Assembly (NCBI RefSeq): GCF_009914755.1
Contig: NC_060947.1
Length of the DNA stretch: 64,000 nucleotides
Reading direction: 5' to 3' (one strand)
From: the human T2T-CHM13v2.0 reference genome, Homo sapiens
How positions within the stretch are numbered: position 1 is the stretch's first letter; each line of letters opens with the position of its first letter. The notes under the pieces were generated by a model, which ran no database searches, had not been told where the DNA came from, and saw nothing but the letters and a program-made list of their open reading frames with translations. Below are positions 27,703 to 41,400 of this stretch, piece after piece. Made by a program: the position numbers and the translations under genes.

Positions 27703-30700
27703 CCCACCCAGGCATGTCATGCCTAATCATATCCTAGGTCAACAGTATGCTTGAGTACTTCACTCCTTCCAATTCCTACTTCCGTTAGAATCTCCTCCAC
27801 CATACACCTGCTACACAGTCCTCCATAGGCTGACTTTTCCCTCCCCTCATGCAACTCATGTCATGACTGAATCGAGGTGTCAACCAATCTGTACCCATGT
27901 ACATCCAGTCATGTCCTCTGCAAGAATGTTTGCAGCCTCAACTAATGCAAAATTTCTAGACTCTTACCATAGGCTAGCTGCATTCTCCACCCACACCTAT
28001 CTCAACACATAACCTGTTGAGATCTCCCCAGGGTGGCTGTACTATCCACCCATGTTCATTCTTTCAAGTTCTCCTCAAAGCTGAGTGCTTTTTTTCTCCC
28101 ACTCACCTCCTGCCAGTTCCTCCTCCAGGATCACTGTAGCCTCCACACACAATCTTCCTGTTGCTGCATACACTATTAGCTGATTGTTTACTCCAACAAC
28201 ATATAAAATACAGTCATGCTTTAGGCATGTCCTTCCACACATGCACCTTTGAAAGATACCTCCAGTAAGGCTGGAAGCTATCTCAGCCTACATTACTCAT
28301 AATATGATGTCTAGATAGCTAGCTGCAAAATACACAAATACACCTCCTTCTAAGTCCTCCCCTAGGCTGAATGCTCCCTCCACCCATGCACTTCTTGACA
28401 GCATTTTTTAAGCATAGTTCCTTCCTTTACTCAAGTTCTTCCTGCTAAAATCCTCCCTTAAAGTAGAAACTCCCTCCACCCATGCACTTCCTGGTGAACT
28501 TACTCTAGGGATGAAGCTGTTTTCACCCAAGCACATCTTGCTGTATACTCTCCTAGGCTGGCTACAACCTATGCCCATGCAACTCCTGCTGGGGCCTGCC
28601 TTAGGTTGGATGGTATCAGTTTCTATGGAATTCCTGCTGTGATCTCCACAAGGGTGGCTTCAGTCACAACAGATGCACTCCTGACAGATGCACTCCATAC
28701 TGGCTGTACCCTCCACCTTTGTTTCTGCTGAGTACTACTCTAGGCTGGATGCTCCTTCCACCTATTTACTTGATACCAGGTTCACACATGGGCTCTCTAA
28801 ACCCTGCAGCAGTGCTCCATCTACTATGTGTTCCCATGCATTAGCTGCCAGTGCTTCCGTTTGGCTGAATTCTCCCTTCTCTCATGCACCCCATACTGAT
28901 CATATTTTAGTCCTAAGACCTTCTGCTCCCAAAAGACCTTGCTGTGTCCTCTCCTAGGCTGGCTGCAGCCTGAATCCTTGCAACTCTGCCATGTACTAGC
29001 TTTGACTAAGTACACATCTGAGTGCAGATGGCTGAGGCACTATCTCTGAGTCCTCTCCTAAACTTGGTTCAGCCTCCACCCCATGGACTTTCTGAATGAA
29101 TCTTCCCTTGACTCTCTTCTCCCTCCGCCATGAACTTATTGCTGAGTCCTCTCTTAGGTTGTCTTCAACCTGAACCCATGGTCACCTGCTAGGACTCCCC
29201 AAGGGTATATATTCCCTGCCAAATCTTCACATAGACTGGTTCTTCCGCCTATTTCATGCACTTCCTTTCAATACTCTTCTAGGCTAGCTACACTTTGAAA
29301 CCTTGTATCATCTGTCATTCCTTCACCTAGACAGACTAAATTATCTTTGATGCATCTCTCTCTTACTGTATCTTCACTTAGGTCGAATAAACTCTCACCC
29401 CTGAACTTCCTGTCATATTTGCCACTAGGTTGGATGCTGTCTACTCATGTACTACATTCTGAGCTGACCCATGTGCTTCCTGATGTGTCCACTCATGTTC
29501 TTGTTATTCCAATGCACTCATGAACCTCTTTTCATGTACCCCTTAGGGTGGTCGCATTCTTTACCCATTCGTCTTCTGTCAGGTTATTCCCTAGGCTGAC
29601 AGCACTCTGCACTCATGTACTTCTTGGCATGTACTCCCTTTATATGGATGCATCTGCACCCAAGTATCACCTGCTGAGTCCTCCAGGATGAGTATGCCTT
29701 CTAGGCATTTACTTCTTCCCAGATCCTCCCCCAGGCTGCTTGCAACTTCCATTGAGGACCTTAATGCTGGTTTAAGTTGGTTTTTGCCTTCTGCCACGAA
29801 CCTTCTGCTGATACCTTCCCTAAGACTGGAAGCTCCCTCAGCCCACGACTCTCCTACCATGAACTTCCCTATTCTGACAGCACATTATAAACATACACAC
29901 CCTATTGAGACCTCCCCTAAGCCTGATGCACCCTCCACCCAGGCACTACCCTCAGTTTGATGCACTCTCCACCCAGGCACTATCCTCTAAGTTGTTTGCT
30001 TCCAAAACGTATGCACCTCTGCTAAATCCTCCCTTATTCTGCATGTCCCTTCATTCACCCATGCAACCTCTACTGATTCCTTCCCTTGGTTAGCTGCTTC
30101 TTCCATACAATTACTATTTTACTATTTGATGGACCTTCTCCTAGGCTCACTGCACCCTCATCCTTCCTACCTCCTGTCAAGTTCTTCCTTCATCTGGAAG
30201 CTCTCTCCACCCAGGAACCTTCAGCCATATCCTCCCTTAGTGTTGCTGCAAATATCATGCATTAATTTCCTACAAGTCCTCCCTTAGGAAAGATATTCCT
30301 TTCAATTATGCACGTACTACTGAGTCCTCCTATAAATTGAAGGTAACCTTCAACTTTGCACCTTCTCCAAAAACCTATCCTAGGCTGCCTGGTCTCTCCA
30401 CCCTTTTATTTCTTGTCAGGTTCTTCCCAAGACTGGCTGCATATTGCATGAAGGCACATTCTGTTATGTCCTTCCCTAGGCTAGCTGCACCTTGATTCCA
30501 TGCACCCACTATTACATCCAACCCTAAGCTAACTGGATCTTCTCTAATGCACTTTGTCTGAAGTTCCCCTATACTACTTGTACTGTGTAACTCTGCACCT
30601 CCTGCAATGTTCTCCCCTAGGCTGGATGCATCTTCTATTATGAATTATCTGCCAAGTGCTTCCCTAGGATAGATTTTCCTCCTGTCCATACACTTCCTTA

Positions 30701-32073
30701 TGGATTGTCCCTTAGGCTCACTACACGCTCTACCCATGCAACTCCCGCCAAGTTCTCCATTAATCTGGATGTTCCCTTCACCAATGCACTTCATGTCATA
30801 TCATCGCAGGCTGGCTGCAACCTCCACTCATGTATGTTTTGTAGTTTTTCCTCTGGGCAGGATGTCCCTCCAGCTATACATATACTGCTGGGTGTCTCCC
30901 AAGCCTGGTTGCACAATCCACCTTTTCTCCCCTAGCCTGGCTGTGTTCTACAACCAAGCACTTTCAATTGTGTCATCATGTTACCTGGCTGAATCCTACC
31001 CCAACTCACATCCTAATATGTACTCACATAGGCTTCCAGCAATCTGCACCCATATACCAACTGCTCTGACTCATCTTGGTTGAATGATCCCTCCTCCCAT
31101 GTACTTCTTGTTGGTCCTCTTCTAGGTCTGTTTCCACCTATGCACATCCCAGTTGGTCTTCCCTTAGGATGGATGAATCCTCTTCCATGCAACTCCTGTG
31201 TGAACCTCCACCAGGGTTATTAAACTTTCTGCCAGTGAACTTCCTGCTAAATCTTCCAGTAAGCTGACTGTACCTTCCAACATCGAATCTTCCTCCAAGC
31301 TCTCTATTAGGCTGACAATTCTTCCCACTTATTCACTTCCTACTATGTCTTTCCCTTGGCTCACTATGCCTTGCACCAATGCATCATTCCCAACGAACTC
31401 CCCAAGGATGGTTGCACCCTGTACCCATGCTCCACCTGCCAGTTCTCCTCTTTGACTGAATATGCCTTCCCAATGTTCACCTTCTTCCAGTCCAATTCTA
31501 GGTCTAAGGCTTTCTCCACCTGCACTTCTTGCTTGGTCCTTATCTAGACTGGCTGCACTCTCCACCATATACCTATTGCCACAACTTCACTTAGGCTAGA
31601 TACTCCTTACTCCCATCTACTTCCTTTAGGGACATCATGGGCTGGATGCTTTCTCCTTCCATACATTTCATTTTTATCATCTGCTAGGCTGGTTGTACCT
31701 TCCAACCATATCTCTCCTGCCATATCATCCCCTAGGTTGGATTACCTATATCCACGAACTACCTAATGGGTCCTCCTCTGAGCTTTGAGGACCATTAATT
31801 CATGTAATTTCTCCCATTTCTATCCCCCTAGACTAGCTGTACACCCCACCAATGTGCTCCTTGTAACCATCTGTAGGCTGGCTGCACACTGTGTCCAGGC
31901 ACCACCAACCAGGACTTCCCCTGCTGTGAATGTTTTTTTAACCATGAACCCCTTGCCAATCCTTCCATAGGTTGCATGTTCCTTCTAACCATGTAATTCT
32001 TGCCACACTGTCCTCTTGAATGACTATTTTTCTTTTCAACTTTTTATCGTATGTTGAGCCCCTGCCCTCCCCA

Positions 32074-32075
<2 letters not shown>

Positions 32076-32119
<44 letters not shown>
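32076..32119. repeat. (CA)n microsatellite
   Basis: Directly visible. Confidence 0.97.
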
Positions 32120-32122
<3 letters not shown>

Positions 32123-33288
32123 GTAGCATCCCTACCAAGCCATGTACTTCCTGTCAAATTATCTGCCAGGTTCACTGTACCCTCCACCCATGCACTTCTT
32201 GCCATAACTTCCCTTTCTCTACCTCAAACTTCCACTGATGCATTTCCTGTTATTCTTCCCTTAGGTAATATTCTACTGCCACCTATGAACGTATTGCTGG
32301 GTTCTCCCTTAGATTGGATGTACACTACAGCTTTGCACATCCTGTTGAGACCTCCTGTAGCCTGGATGCTCTCTCGAAAAACAACAAACAAACAAATAAA
32401 ACAAACAAAAAAAACACTTAAAGACAGGTCCCATCAGAGCCTGATTGCATCCTCCACCAATGCACATCCTAATATTCCCCCCATGGACTGAAGGAACCAG
32501 TTCATCCATGCACCATCCACACATGAAGGGAGGCAGAAACCTCCTACCATGCACCATCTACTAGGATTCAACTTGGATCAATACTTTCTTCTACCATATG
32601 CACACTCTCCTTTACCCTATAGGCCTGATGCATTTTCCATGAATTCTCAGGATGGTTGTCTCCTGAAAAATGCACTAGTTGCTGGGTTTTCTTCTGGAAT
32701 GAATGGTCCTCCTCCTATGCACCACCCATCAGGGTCTTATCTAATATAAATGTAACTCTCACCTACGCACCTCTGCAAAATTATCTTCAAGGCTAGATGG
32801 TCTCTTCACCATGTATTTTCTGCTGTATCCTCCACTAGGCAGGATCCTCCCTTAGACTTCTTCATGATTGAACCTCCTGCTCAGTCCTACAATAGGGTGG
32901 CTGTTCCTTTCACACATCCACTCCCTGCAGGATCCTCCCCAAGGCTTGCTGCAACTTCAATCCACATACATACTGCCAAGCCTTCTCCTAGTCTGGAGGC
33001 TCCTTACACCCAGTCACTTTCAAACATAACCTTCTTTAATGCGCTTCAACCTCCACACACGTATCACCAGTGCATCTCTCCCTGGAAATAATACCCCTTC
33101 TACTTCAGCACATACTTCTGAGTCCCTGTCTAGTTTGAATGTTACCTCTGCCTTTGCACACTCTGCTGAGTCCTTCCCTAGTCTGGTTGATTCTTCAAAC
33201 TTTGCACTTCCTTCCAGGTGCTCCTAAAGACTGGCAGCACTCTGCAATAATGCAAGTCCTATTATATCATCCCCTAGGCTGGTTTTAA

Positions 33289-33810
<522 letters not shown>

Positions 33811-34815
33811 GAGCCTCTGTCTTATCTTCCTAGGCTAGCTTCATTCTCCACCCATGCACCTATTGTTAGGCCTACCTCAATCTGCACTCATGCATCTTCT
33901 GCAATATCCTGACCTCAGATGGTTGGCCCATGCACTCATATGTCACTTGTCAATTTTTCATCTTGGCCAGATAGACCTTCTTTCCATCTACCTTCTGCAG
34001 GTCCTATTCTAGGCCTGAGGGTCTCTTGACTCATGCACTTCTTGCAGAGTTCTTCTCTTAGTTGGCTTCATTGTGAACCCATGAATCTCCTGCCATTTTA
34101 TCCCTATGAAAGTTATACTCTGCCCATGGATCTACTGCTAACTGTCTAGCCTAGCTGCATTCTGAAATATTGCACATCCTGCTAAGTTCTCCCTCTCATA
34201 CCTGTATCCACCATCCATATACCTTCTGCTGCATTCTCTTCTAGGTTGGATAAGTCTTTAATATGTTTATTTCCTGCTGGCCACTTCCCTAGACTGGTTT
34301 GCAACTTCCACACATCTTGTTTGTCAGTTACTCTATTAAGCTCTTCATTCTCTCCAAACATGTACCACCTGCAGATTCTTCCTCTATGGTTCATTGCTTC
34401 CTTCACCCATGTACCCTCTGCTGAGCATCTCTTAAATGAAAATTCCATCTATCCATAAAACTTCCTGCTGTGTTGTCTCTCCAGACTTGTTATAGCACAC
34501 ATTCATGCACTTAACTATCATGTATTCCCCTATGCTAACTGCACCCCACCCTCTGGCACCTCTTGCCATATTGTTTCCTTGAAAGTCTACAACATCCATT
34601 CATTAACCTCCTGCTATGTCCTCCCCTAGGATAGCTGTGCCATTCAAGCATATATTTCCTGCTGATCCTTTTCTATACTGTCTGCAATCTTCACATAAGA
34701 CCTACCTGCTGGGCTCTATATTAAAGCTTGTTGTTTCTTCCAACCACTCACCACCTGTATGTGGTGCTTTAGGCTGGATGACTTCTCCACCCATGCAAGT
34801 TCTGTCAGTATTTCC

Positions 34816-35418
34816 TGTTGGGGCTCAGAAAATGACAACCTAAAATATGGGCCTCAGAAGTAACAGTTTCTCTCTGACCTTCTCCTGCTGTCCTGTATCT
34901 TGTCCCTCATTCTCTCCTGAGGCCAGCCATAGAAACTAGAATTTCTCTTCCTCAAGGCAGAATCATTTTTCCTCCAAAGCAGCCATAAGGCCTAATATAT
35001 TACTCTAACTTTCCCCTTCTTTTTTATGTAAGAAATAGCTATAAAGTAATTCTCTGACCAACCTCTCTAATTGTAGGTCATAAGACCCTCATTCCAGAAA
35101 GGATCTTACCCCATACCTGAGAGGAAGGAAGGCTGCAAGGAGTGGCCAGGAAGAATCTGAACACACAGTCCTTGCTGAGTTTTCCCACTCAATCTGTTAG
35201 CATTAGCTCATACCCCAGTCGAAGTTCTATATGGCTATCTATTATTCATTGAAACCAAAGCATAAAAATGGACAGCTCCCCCTGTATCTTTGGGTCTTCA
35301 TTATGAAGGCTTTTATGTCATGAAAAACTATTATCGAATAAATTGTTATCATTTTCTCTTCTTAACTTGCTTTTGTTATAGGGATGTCAGCCATTCTTCC
35401 TTCTGATGGGGAGGAAAG
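34816..35418 (+). mobile_element. ERV1 LTR (MER39/MER34-like)
   Basis: Starts TGTTGGGGCTCAGAAAATGACAACCTAAAATATGG; AATAAA at ~35337; interrupts the array periodicity. Confidence 0.7.
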
Positions 35419-38400
35419 TTGCAGCATGTTGGCAGCAGACTACATACATACACCACATGCTGTTTTCTCCCTTATGCTGGATGTTACTGCCAGGTTCACC
35501 TATGCGTATCCTGTCTGTGCCTCTCTAAGTCTGGCTGCCCCCAGAACAAATGCACCACCTATTACCTCCCCCATAGGCTAGCCACAACCTCCAAACATGC
35601 AAGAGTTGCCTATTCTCCACAAGACCAACTAGAGCCTCCATCCATGCATCTCTTGTGTTCCTCCTACATTACGCACCCATGCACTTCTTGGCTGCATTAG
35701 GCCCCCATGTATTTTTTAGCAACGTCTACCTACAGGCTGGATCCCTTCTCCATTTATTTACTTTCTGTTGGGTTCTCTCCTAAGGTGGCAGCCTACACTC
35801 TGCATCCATGTTCTTCTTGCCAGGTCTCATCTTGGCTGAATGCTCTCTCCTCCCATTAATCTTTTTCCTATACTCCCCTAGGCCTGATGATTGCTCCACC
35901 CATGTTTTATTGCAGGTCCTTCTATAGGATGGCTACACCTTCCACCCATGCATTCATGCTCAGGCTTCACCTAGGCTAGATACGGCTTCATCCATATTCA
36001 ACTTATCTAGCCTTTCCCTAGGCTGAATGCTGTCTCCACCCATGTACCATCTGCCAATTCTTTCTCTACGCGAGATTCTCTCTACACACATATACCTCAT
36101 GCCTTCTTTGGACTAGCTTCAACCCCTAGCCATGCATCTCTTATGGTTCTCACCCTAGGCAGGTTTCTGCCTCCATGTATGCATGTCTTTCTGGGTTCTC
36201 CCCTAAGCTGGCTATACACTTCATCTTTTCCCCTCTTTCTTAGACCTCTCCTAGCCTGGATGCCCACTCCATCCATGCACTTCACATACAATCCTGAGAG
36301 CCTGGTTGCACCTTGCATCAATGTGCATTGTAACATGTACATCTAGAAGCTGGCTACATTACCATTTTTTTAACCTGATAACACTCCCTTTGGCTGAAAG
36401 TTCCTTCTTCCTTTTCACATTCTGCCTGACCTCTAACAGACCTGATGCTGTCCTTGCCCATGCTCTTCTTGCACAGTCCTTCTATGGGTTGGCTCTACCT
36501 TGCAGCATGCATTTTCTGCTGGGACCTCCTATAGTTTACATGCTCCTTACTACATTCCATGCACATCCTAAGGAGTACCCGCATTTGCTAGATGCTCCAT
36601 CCACCAATGCACTTTTTGCTGATCCTCCTTTGGAATGGCTGAAATTTAAAAATATACATATTTTGCCATGCTTTCCCCTAGGTAACCTGAATCATACAGC
36701 CATGAATCTGCTGCCAAATACTCATTCAGGCTTCTGCACCCTGTACCCATGCACTTCTCCTGTATTTTACCTAAACTGGCAGCACCTTCCAACCATGTAC
36801 CAATGGCTTATCCTCCATAAGTCTGAGTGTTCTTTCTGCAGATCCTCCCCTATGGCTGTAAGCTCCCTCAACCCATAACCCTCATATAATGAACTCCCCT
36901 AGGCTGGCTGCACACTGCACATATACTCCTCCTGACAAGTACTCCTGTAGGCTGCTACTACCTTTATGTATGCACTTCCTGCCAAGTACTTCTTTAGTCT
37001 GCTTGATTCCTCCATCAATGAACATCCTGTCATTTTCTACATGAGGCCATTGTCACCCTGCACCCATGTATCTTGCATTTTGTTCTCCCATAGCCTGGCT
37101 ATTCCCTGCACCCATGCACCTTTTGCTAGGTATATCTTGACTGAATGCTTACTTGTCTTATGAATTTCCTGTCATTCATGTTCTAGGCCTGAAGTTTCTC
37201 CACCCATGCATTTCTTCCAGGCTCTGCCTCTAGATTGGTTGCACACTCCGTTCATTTAAGTTACACTGGAGCCTTTCCTATGTTCAGTGTTTCTTGTCCC
37301 CATACTTATCCTGCAGAGACTTTCCTAAGCTGGGTGCTTTCTCCTCCATGTATTATAGTTCTGCTGAACCATTTCTGCATGATTTCTCCTGTGCAGTATT
37401 ATCTCCAAGCTATGTACAAAACATTTGGCTCTTTCTTAGACTGGCCATATATTCCACCTATACATAACCTGAATTAACCGGCTACTTGGCCAGTTACAGT
37501 TGGCTGGCTACAAGGGCAATTCCTGCCATTCCTTCCCTAGGCAAGATGCACCTTCCACCAATGCAAGACTTTCCAGAACCTGACCTAGTCTGGATTGTCT
37601 CTACACCCACGCAATTCCTTCTGGATTCTCCCTTTAACTAGCTGCATGCTCTACCCATGAACCTCCTGCTGAGCCTTCACCTAGACTGGGTGCTCCCTGC
37701 ACCCATGAACTTCCTGCCATAAGCTGATTCTACCCTCATCTTTACATCTCCTGCATAGTCTTCCGTTAGTTTGACTGCTCCTTCTACCCTTGCACTTTTG
37801 GTTGAATCCTTTCCTAAGTTAATGGCACCCCACATCAATGTACCTCCTACTATGTCTACACCTAGCCTGACTGCCCCACTGAATAATGCACCACCTACAG
37901 AGGCCTCTGGTAGGCTGGCTGTACCCTGTAGTTCTGCAACTTCTATCATATCCTTCCTTAGGCTGCATGCAACCATCAATCATGCACAACCTGACGAATA
38001 ATTATCTCATCTAGATATTCTCTTCACTAGTTTACTTCTTACTAAATTTTCCCCTAAATTCCATTCACCCTTGTTTTGAACATCTGGCCAAGTCTTCCCC
38101 TAGTCTGGATGCTCCTTACACCCAAGAATCTCCAGCTGTATCCTCCGTTAGGAAGCATGAAATCTCCAACCATGCATCTCCTGCAGATTCTTCCCTAGGC
38201 AGGATACTATTTCCACTTATGTATATGTTGCGGGGTCCTCTTCTAGACTAGGTGTAACCTCCACTTTTCCACCTTCTACTGGGACCTATCATAGGCTGGC
38301 TGCTCTCTCCACTTATGAACTTTCTACTGTGTGCCCCCTGAGGCTAGCTGCTCCCTTTTCCTAGAAATCTGCTAAACCTCTCCTTGGCTGAATGCCCCCT

Positions 38401-41400
38401 ATGCCCATGAAACTTTTCCAGTCCTCTTCTAAGCTTGATATTTCTCTATACATGCACTTCTTTCAAATTACATCTAGGTTGTCTGCTCATTACACACATA
38501 CACCTCCTGCCAAGATCCCCTATGCTACATTCTCCCTAAACTCATGCACTTTCAGCCATATTGCCCCAGAGACTGGCTTCAACCAATATGCACTTATGTT
38601 TTGTGGATCCTTCCCTAGGCAGGATATTACCTCTACCTACACACATATTGTTAGGTCCTCCTCTAGGTTGGATGTAACCTCCACTTTTGCAGCTCTTTCT
38701 GAGACCCCACATAGGATGGCAGCTCTTTCCATCCATACAATGCCTATTAGGTCCTGCCAGAGCTTTGCTGCACCTTACACACATATGCCATATACTAGAT
38801 CTCCTTTTGTTAAATTCAATCTATTTTTATGCACCTCCTGTCAGTCCTCTTCTAGGCTTGATGGTTTCTCCCTCAAATTTACTTCTTGCAAGGTTCTTCT
38901 TTGGGATGGTTGCACTCTCCTTCTATGCAGTTCATGCCAGAGTCACCCATAGACTAGATACTCCCTTTTCCTGTACCCAGCTGAGTCTTTCTCTAGGGCA
39001 AATATTCCCTCCACCCATGCAGTGCTGCTGATTAGAAACTGGATGAAAGTTGCATATATGAAACTTCTTGTCATATTCTACCCTGGGAAGGATGCACCCT
39101 CCTCCCATGCACCATCTACTGAATCCTCTATGCTAGATTCTTTTTTCACCCTTGTACTTCATGCCCCATATTCCCTTGAGCTGGATGCAACATTCACCCA
39201 TGCATCTTCCACTGAACTTATTTTAAGGAGGTTTCTGCCTCTATCTATGTATGTATTTCTGGATCCTCTATTCACCGTATACTCCAACTTTGCACATCCT
39301 TCTGGACCCCTCCTAGCTTGAGTATCCCCTCTAAACATGAATTTCCAGCAGGTTCCTCCCATAGCCTGCTTTAACCCTGGATCTCTGCACTTTATATTAT
39401 GGCCATATGTAGACTGCACTCCCCTAAGCTGGCTTCACCTTGCACCTCTGCACCTCCTAACATTTGCTCCCCTAGTTTTGATACAGCCTCATCCATGCAC
39501 CATCTGCCTAGACTAAATTATCCCTCCACCCGTATACTTTCTGCTGGGCTCACTGCACCCTTAACCCACTGACCTGCCAAATCCTTCCCTATTCTGGATG
39601 TTTCCTTGAGCCATGTACCTCCATCCATATTCTCCCTTAGGCTAGAGGCAACCATCACACATATGCATCTCCTGCCAGTCCTCTCCTAAGCAGGATACCC
39701 CCTTAACTAATGCAGGTGCTATCAGGTCCTCTTCTAGGCTGGAAGTAACCTCCATCTATGAGTCTCCTGTTAGTACTTTCTCTAGTCTGGCTTTTCTCAC
39801 CATCTATGAAGTTTCTGGAAGTACTAACGCTAGCCTGGTTTCTCTCCCACACCAAATTACATTCTAACATGTCCTCCTAACAGGTGGCTAAAACTTGCCT
39901 CCATTTTCCACTTGCTAGGACTCCTTTTGGCTGAATGCTCACTCTTCCTATACACATCATGAGCCTTTTCTAATAGGTCTGATGCTTTCTTTTTACATTA
40001 TCCTTTCTCCATGTTGGCTGCACTCTACACACCTGTAACTTCCGTTTCTATCCCTGGCAGGATGTCCCTTCTATTCATGAAAAACCTGTCAAGTCTTGCC
40101 AAGACTTGATTCTCTTTCACTCATTTCTTGCCAGATGCTCCCCTCAGTTGAAAGCAACATCCAACTGTGCACTTCCTGCTGTATTCTCCCCTAGATTGGA
40201 TATTTCTTCAAACTCTGCACTTCCTACCATATGCTCCTATTGGCTTGCTGCACCCTCCGTTCATGCATCTATACTGTGCCCTTCAATACCGTTGAAGATC
40301 CCTCCACTCATGTGATAGCTGCTTAGTCCTTCCCTAGGGTAACTTCACCTTGTATTCATGCAACAGCTATCAGATCTCACCTAAGCTGAATCCTCCCTCC
40401 TCCCGTGCTCCCATTTCTGATCCTCTTCTAGGCCTGATGATTTTTCCACTCGGAATTCTGAAAGAGACCTTCTCGAGGCTGGAAGAACCCTTCACTTTTG
40501 CAGTTCATGCCAGAGCCTAACCTATTGTACGTATTCTTTATTCCATGCTCATCTCACAGAATCCTCCCATATATTAGATATTCCCTCTACCTGCGCACTT
40601 CTGCTGATCCTCTCCTGTACTATGTGAAAGTTGCAACCATGAAACTCATGCCATATTCTCCTGTAGGATGGGTACAATTTCCATCCATGCACCTGATGAA
40701 TACTCTCATAGTCTAGATTTTTCCCTCTATCCATGAACCTCATGCCACATCTTTCTTTACTTTGGCAACAACCTCAACCCATGCAACTCCTGCAGCTCTT
40801 ACCCAAGGCAGTTTTCTTACTACACCAATGAACATATTTCTAGACCCTTCCTTAGGTTGACTGTACCCTCTGATTTTGCACCACCTTCTGAGACTTCTTC
40901 TAGTCTTGCTGCTCTATCCAGCTATGAATTTTTAGTAAGGTCCTACGAAGGATTAGCTGCACCCTGCATCAATGCACATCATAATATATGCTCTATGGGC
41001 TGGCTACAACCTGCTACCATTTTCTGCTGGCCAGGACTCCATTTAGCTGAAAGTTCCTTCTTCCCATTTATCTCATTTATTCTACCTTAGGTCTGTTGTT
41101 TTCTTTACCCATGCATTTCTTGCAGGGTCCTTTTCTAAGTGGCTGCATTCTACACCCATGCACTTCCTGCTACGATGTGTATAGGTGGGATGCTCATTGT
41201 CCCCATATACCTCCTGCCAAGTCTTCCCCCAGCTGAATGCTCCCTCCACCCATGCATTTCTTGCTGGCACTCTCCTAAGCTGGCTGAAGCTTGTATATAT
41301 GCATATCCAGTTTTGTCCTCCCATAGTTAGGCTAAACTTATCTTGCTTGTACCCTGCACTCACACACCTCCTACCATGCCCTTCCTCAGGCTTGTTGAAC

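Noticed and set aside
29924-29993. 34-bp local duplication (also a 25-bp one at ~23288)
   Set aside because: Minor slippage products within the array with no separate significance.
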